Both the position numbers and the translations under genes were made by a program. A stretch of DNA of 64,000 bases from Blastocladiella emersonii ATCC 22665 (lineage: Eukaryota; Fungi; Blastocladiomycota): contig JANHCV010000008.1 of the NCBI GenBank assembly GCA_025594325.1, positions 806,001 through 870,000 of the forward strand, written 5' to 3'. Positions 59,807 to 64,000 of the stretch are shown piece after piece (within the stretch, counting starts at the first letter, position 1; each line of letters begins with the position of its first letter). The notes under the pieces are model-generated. The model was not told where the DNA came from, did not search any database, and saw only the letters and a program-made list of their open reading frames with translations.

Positions 59807-59974
59807 ACCTTCAGGGCACTCCCGACAGCTGTCAAGTGCAAGGGTTTCTCGCAGGACTGGCTGTTACACTGGACAAGGACCCGCGGTCGAGCGTCCGTGT
59901 CAAGTTTCGGTGTCAAACGAGTTTTTTGTCGAACGTAGACGGGGATTTATTCATGACTGATGAGAAAGAGGTCC

Positions 59975-60508
59975 TTACTCGAGCTCAACGAAGCGGCCAT
60001 CGATTGACCCAGCACCACCCGAACGCGGAATCGGGAACGGCTCGCCGCGCTCGACAAAGATGCGCTCGAGCTCGTCAACTGCGCGATTCGCGTCCTCCTT
60101 GGGTCCGAACATCGCGCTCACGAACGTGCGGAGCATATCGAGGTTGGATTTGAGCATGGCCTCGTACGCAGCAAGATGCGCGAGCGATGCGCGGTACTTG
60201 GCCATGTCGGCCGCGGTCGCACGCTGCGGGCGGATCGCGCCCGCCCCCTGGCGCATGAGCTGGGCGTCGGCCAGCATCCCCTCGAGATTCGACATGGCCG
60301 TGAGTGCCTCGGTGGGGTCCGCGCCGTCCCTGCACCGCTCGACCAGGGCGAGGAACTCCGTGGCCCGCTGCTTCAGATCGGTGTGCGCGGCGTCGGCGGC
60401 GGAAAACGTCTCGCGGATTTGCGGCGCCGACGGGGCCGATGCCCTGGCTGCCGACCAGCGCTTGGGGCGCTTCTTGGTGGTGGACGCTTTCTTCGGATCG
60501 AATCCCAT
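59975..60508 (-). CDS. Family D member 13 (177 aa), tandem duplicate of D12
   Basis: Same length and termini as D12; ends IDGRFVELE. Confidence 0.75.
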   Translation of the reverse strand: MGFDPKKASTTKKRPKRWSAARASAPSAPQIRETFSAADAAHTDLKQRATEFLALVERCRDGADPTEALTAMSNLEGMLADAQLMRQGAGAIRPQRATAADMAKYRASLAHLAAYEAMLKSNLDMLRTFVSAMFGPKEDANRAVDELERIFVERGEPFPIPRSGGAGSIDGRFVELE

Positions 60509-60634
60509 GATTTAGTTCCGTTGCATCAAGTCTGGGCTCTTGACGAAGACGTTTGGGTTGCAATGGCACTGCGCGAGGGAGAGCGGGTCGAATCGCGGGT
60601 CGGCGCTGCGTCAACGCGTTCGAAGCGCACACGT

Positions 60635-60649
60635 GAGTGGCGGAACGCG
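60635..60649 (-). promoter_or_regulatory. Shared upstream motif variant (gagtggcggaacgcg), D13
   Basis: ~127 bp upstream of the ATG at 60508. Confidence 0.5.
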
Positions 60650-61025
60650 GGGCTCCGCGCGAGCAGTCCTCGAAGCAGCAGCAACGCATGGCACGGCAAC
60701 TCCGAGCTCAGCAACACACCCGTCCGCCGTTTAAGTTAGCACCAGCGGAGAGTTCACGCGAAGTTGAGCGCGCTCGAACGCTTCAAACGCACGATTGAGC
60801 AGGTCTGCGAGGGGCTCGGAGGAAAGCGAAATCTGCGTGCATCGACTGCAAGTCGCCGTCATTCGAGTGGCGACGCGGCTCGTCCAACCTTTGTCATGCA
60901 TGACATATGCACGCGTGCGTTGTTCCGCGTCAACCACTGCTGTCCACTCATCTAATCCTCAAACAGTGCGCCCGGGATCGCCACGATATGAAATGTATTG
61001 CAAGCCTACTCGAGCGCAGCGCAGC

Positions 61026-61577
61026 TCACTCGATCTCAACAATGCGATTGTCGTCGCCAGTCATCTCCGCACCAGCGCTCAGGACAGCAACAGAAACAGC
61101 GCCAGCCGCGAGCCTCTCCGCTTCGTCATTCTCCTTGCGCATGGCCATCCGGGACTTGATGCGCGCAATGAGGATGTTCAACTGCTCCTCCTGGTGCGCG
61201 AACTTGGCCAGGCCCGCGTCGTAATTGGCCATGCTAGTCCTCGACGGCTTGTGGGCGAGGAGCGTCTGTCGCAGCGCGCGCAGTTCCGCCGCCGCGGCTT
61301 CCATGTGCGGCAGCTCTGCAACCTTCTGATCGAGATTCGAGTCGCTGTGACGGACGCAGCGCTCGCGAGTGGCGACTAGGGCCGTCATGTGGTCCTTGGT
61401 GCGGTCGATGGCCGCTATCACAGCCCCAAACTCGTCAAAGGGGCCCGTGACAAGGCCCGCCGTCACCACCAGTGCCCCGCTTGAAGCCAAGCCAGACGCT
61501 GGTCCCGCCCCGGCATGCGCGGTGCGCCGCGCCCGCTGCTTCTTCTTGGCCGCGAGTTTCAGTGCATTGGATCCCAT
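61026..61577 (-). CDS. Family D member 14 (183 aa)
   Basis: MGSNALKLAAKKKQRARR start, LPHME core, ends DDNRIVEIE. Confidence 0.75.
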   Translation of the reverse strand: MGSNALKLAAKKKQRARRTAHAGAGPASGLASSGALVVTAGLVTGPFDEFGAVIAAIDRTKDHMTALVATRERCVRHSDSNLDQKVAELPHMEAAAAELRALRQTLLAHKPSRTSMANYDAGLAKFAHQEEQLNILIARIKSRMAMRKENDEAERLAAGAVSVAVLSAGAEMTGDDNRIVEIE

Positions 61578-61975
61578 GTTGCTAGTAGGTTGCGATGGGT
61601 GGGGAAGAAGAGCGAGAAGAATCCCGTCGAGACGTGAGGGGGAGTGCTTGAGCTAGACTCCATGTTTATGCGTGGTTCGCCGGATTGGAGTCAAGGTCAA
61701 GGCGAGCGTGGGAGCGCGTAGTCACCGTTTCGCCTCGCCTGCCGATCGACCCAACGCGCGAAATATGAGGGAAAGGGTCTCCAGTATACGGAGCAGGTGA
61801 AATCGAGGTCTTAGTCCTTGCGGTCGGTAGGAGGAGTCGCTCGGCGTGTGTTTCGACGCGTTCCGATATCATGTGAGCTGGGCGTGACGCCTGCGAGACT
61901 TGAGTCCCGTCCCTGAAACGGCAGCCACCTTGACCAGCTCTCCACGCTACCCACCGCTACTCATGAATCATCGCT

Positions 61976-63637
61976 ATGAAAACACATGTAACTCCACGCA
62001 ATCCGCTCGGTGGTCCCAGCTCTACCCACAATGCCCCGATTCCAAGCGCGGGCTCGCCGTCACCCGTGGCCGCTGGCCCTTCACCGCCCTTGCCGGCCAC
62101 GGCTGCCGGGCGCCGCGTGCTTCACGAGCAGTCCTTGCTGAAGGTCATGGACCTGCGCATCCAAATGATCCGCTCGGCTCTTCGGCAACGGAAACCCACT
62201 TTGCAGCGCGACAAGCGGGCGGAGCTCGAGCGGCAGGGTCTGCGCACCGCCAAGCTTATCGAGGAACTTGAACATCTTGTCAACCGGCTTGAACGCGCTG
62301 ACGACTTTGACGGACTTTCAGCCCTTGGTGCACCTGCGACCGAGCGGTTCGCTAGCGACGTTCCTCCTTCGCCAATAACGTGCCCGTCAAGCGTTACACT
62401 GCCAGAGCTGTTCCCAAATCGCATATCGCACTCCGAACCTCGAGATTCTCGAGATCCTCCAGATGCCCAAGATTTACGAGAGCCACGCGATCCTCGAGGG
62501 CCTCGCGATCCTCGGCGTCGCCCTTCACGCGACAGCAGCCTCTCTCGCAGCCGACCACGATCACGATCCCGCTTACGGTCCCACTCGCGTGCTCGCGCGC
62601 CTTCTCGTTCGCCCGAGCGCTTACCCCACCACCCGCGCAACGACCTGCCCGCGCGGCAGCTGACCATCGACGAGTTCCGCATCCTCTTCCACCACATGCG
62701 CGACCATGGGCCACGCTTTCGCCAAGTCGAGACGTGTCCGCGCTCCTCGACCAACGACCCGCGCCAGTTCGTCGAATGGGCGCGGCGTGCCGCTTCCGCA
62801 CCCGATTGCCAGCCGTGCCCCGTCACGCTCGCCCTCGCGCTGCTTGCTTCCAGCTCCAATGTGCCGTGGCGCGTCTATCACCTGTACTCGGTGTTCCTGC
62901 GCACCGAGATGCCCGACGAGCGCGCCGAGCGCATCTTCCTCGACGCGGTCAACCCCGCCCACCCGCAGTACCGCGACTGGGCCGCGCGGTGGCTCAACAT
63001 CCCACGGATGCCCGGCACGCCCGTCTCGGCCTTCTACACGGCGTACCACGCGCTACTCGAAGAAGCCGCGCCGGGCCGCGCCGACGACCTCGAGGGCTCG
63101 TGGCCCATCAAGCTCGCCTTCGCCGAGCGCTTATTCAGCTTCGTCGACCCGAACCCGCAGCACCTGCACCCGATCATCTGGCACCATTCGGGCACCGTCG
63201 AGCACATGAACGAGGTCCTGCGCGGCGTCGTGTTCGCCGACAACGAGCTGACGCGCGGGTACGCGGATGTGCGGCGCGGCGGCGACGGGTGCTGGTTCTG
63301 CCGCCACTTCGTCGACCTGTGCCCGCCATCGGCTCGTACTCATCCGCGCACCGCGTGCCCGCTCATCATGCACCCGTACGCGCTGTCCGAGGCCATCGTC
63401 GCCGCGATGCGGGTGGCGGAAATCGACTGGCCGCAGCTGCAACGCGACGCGCGGCCCGACAAGGCGGCGCTCGCGCGGGTTCATTCGCGGCTCGCGATTC
63501 TTGCACCGCAGTTCCCCGCCGTCAAGCCAGGCAAAGCGGTGCTTGACGCGGTCGGCCAGATGGGCGACCAGCTGCGCGGGCGGCTGCTCAGTTTGGTGGT
63601 GCCCACCATTGACGAGCTGTGGAAGAAGAAAGCATAG
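61976..63637 (+). CDS. Family C copy 3: Gag-like, CxxC-x13-H-x4-C, with an RS-rich insert
   Basis: 553-aa ORF. EQSLLKVMDLR, DPRQFVEW, VPWRVYHLY...EMPD, PRMPGTPVSAFYTAYHAL (MHR-like), PIKLAFAERL and CWFC...HPRTAC (63290-63358). Confidence 0.65.
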   Translation: MKTHVTPRNPLGGPSSTHNAPIPSAGSPSPVAAGPSPPLPATAAGRRVLHEQSLLKVMDLRIQMIRSALRQRKPTLQRDKRAELERQGLRTAKLIEELEHLVNRLERADDFDGLSALGAPATERFASDVPPSPITCPSSVTLPELFPNRISHSEPRDSRDPPDAQDLREPRDPRGPRDPRRRPSRDSSLSRSRPRSRSRLRSHSRARAPSRSPERLPHHPRNDLPARQLTIDEFRILFHHMRDHGPRFRQVETCPRSSTNDPRQFVEWARRAASAPDCQPCPVTLALALLASSSNVPWRVYHLYSVFLRTEMPDERAERIFLDAVNPAHPQYRDWAARWLNIPRMPGTPVSAFYTAYHALLEEAAPGRADDLEGSWPIKLAFAERLFSFVDPNPQHLHPIIWHHSGTVEHMNEVLRGVVFADNELTRGYADVRRGGDGCWFCRHFVDLCPPSARTHPRTACPLIMHPYALSEAIVAAMRVAEIDWPQLQRDARPDKAALARVHSRLAILAPQFPAVKPGKAVLDAVGQMGDQLRGRLLSLVVPTIDELWKKKA

Positions 63638-64000
63638 TATAAATTGCTCATTCAACTCGGTTCGTTTGAATCGCAGCGAGTACAATTTTGAGCACACCAT
63701 CATCGCGTCCTGCGGACGAATCTTGGGCAGTCAGCGCAACCCGAAGAAGACGGACCCCCGCGATTCACTGAGAGTGTCCGGCGTGTGAGCAATGCACCAG
63801 CACGTGGTCGGCCGCGGTGACCCGCAGCGCTTCGAAGTGCGCGCAGTGGGTGCGTGGGCGCAACTGGAAGGGTTGGTGGCTCATTTGGGCGCCGAGAGAT
63901 ATCAGCGGATGGTGCAGTGGTCGCGGCTGTGGCCACCGGGTATTGAGAAGTAGAGCGAGATCGGCTTGGGGACAAGCGGATGACGGGAGTCGAGATTGAG

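Noticed and set aside
42904-61577. N-myristoylation signal in the MG starts of family D
   Set aside because: Gly2 is not invariant (MEF, MNN), residue 3 is usually aromatic and residue 6 is not Ser/Thr.
42904-61577. Histone-tail mimicry by QKAAATKKR
   Set aside because: Only compositional K/A/R similarity; no exact ARKS or ARTK-type motif.
42904-63637. Endogenous giant-virus region (many small orphan genes with one shared promoter motif)
   Set aside because: No capsid, polymerase, packaging ATPase or other viral hallmark gene. Codon bias is host-like, and the same motif precedes intron-containing family A genes.

Overview
Eukaryotic, GC-rich DNA with short (about 40-80 nt) GT-AG introns. 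Gene content and style suggest a zoosporic fungus, probably Blastocladiomycota (inference). A compact housekeeping core at ~23.3-42.9 kb holds a PIGBOS1-like microprotein, NDUFB2, midasin/MDN1, TFB1 and EMC3. Both flanks are accessory DNA built from four orphan gene families, named here for convenience. Family A: four multi-exon paralogs with RRSxRIR and psi-KxE motifs (9.8-17.4 kb). Family B: three paralogs with near-identical ends and an unrelated middle segment. Family C: three intronless Gag-like CxxC...HxxxxC genes plus one fragment, with no pol. Family D: a same-strand array of 14 small helical ORFs plus at least three remnants (42.9-61.6 kb), most starting MG(Y/F)NAQKAAAxKKR and many ending in an EEVD-like R(I/F)xE(L/I/V)(E/D) tail. 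Families A and D share no visible protein homology but carry the same motif (CGCGTTGCGCCAC(T/A)C on the sense strand) mostly ~95-140 bp upstream of the ATG. The window also has a subtilisin, LRR genes/pseudogenes, a defective PIF/Harbinger transposon with perfect 15-bp TIRs and a ~300-nt candidate structured RNA. The best candidate for an undescribed system is the family D array with its shared promoter motif and interleaved, divergently oriented Gag-like genes. All functional ideas are inference; no searches were run.
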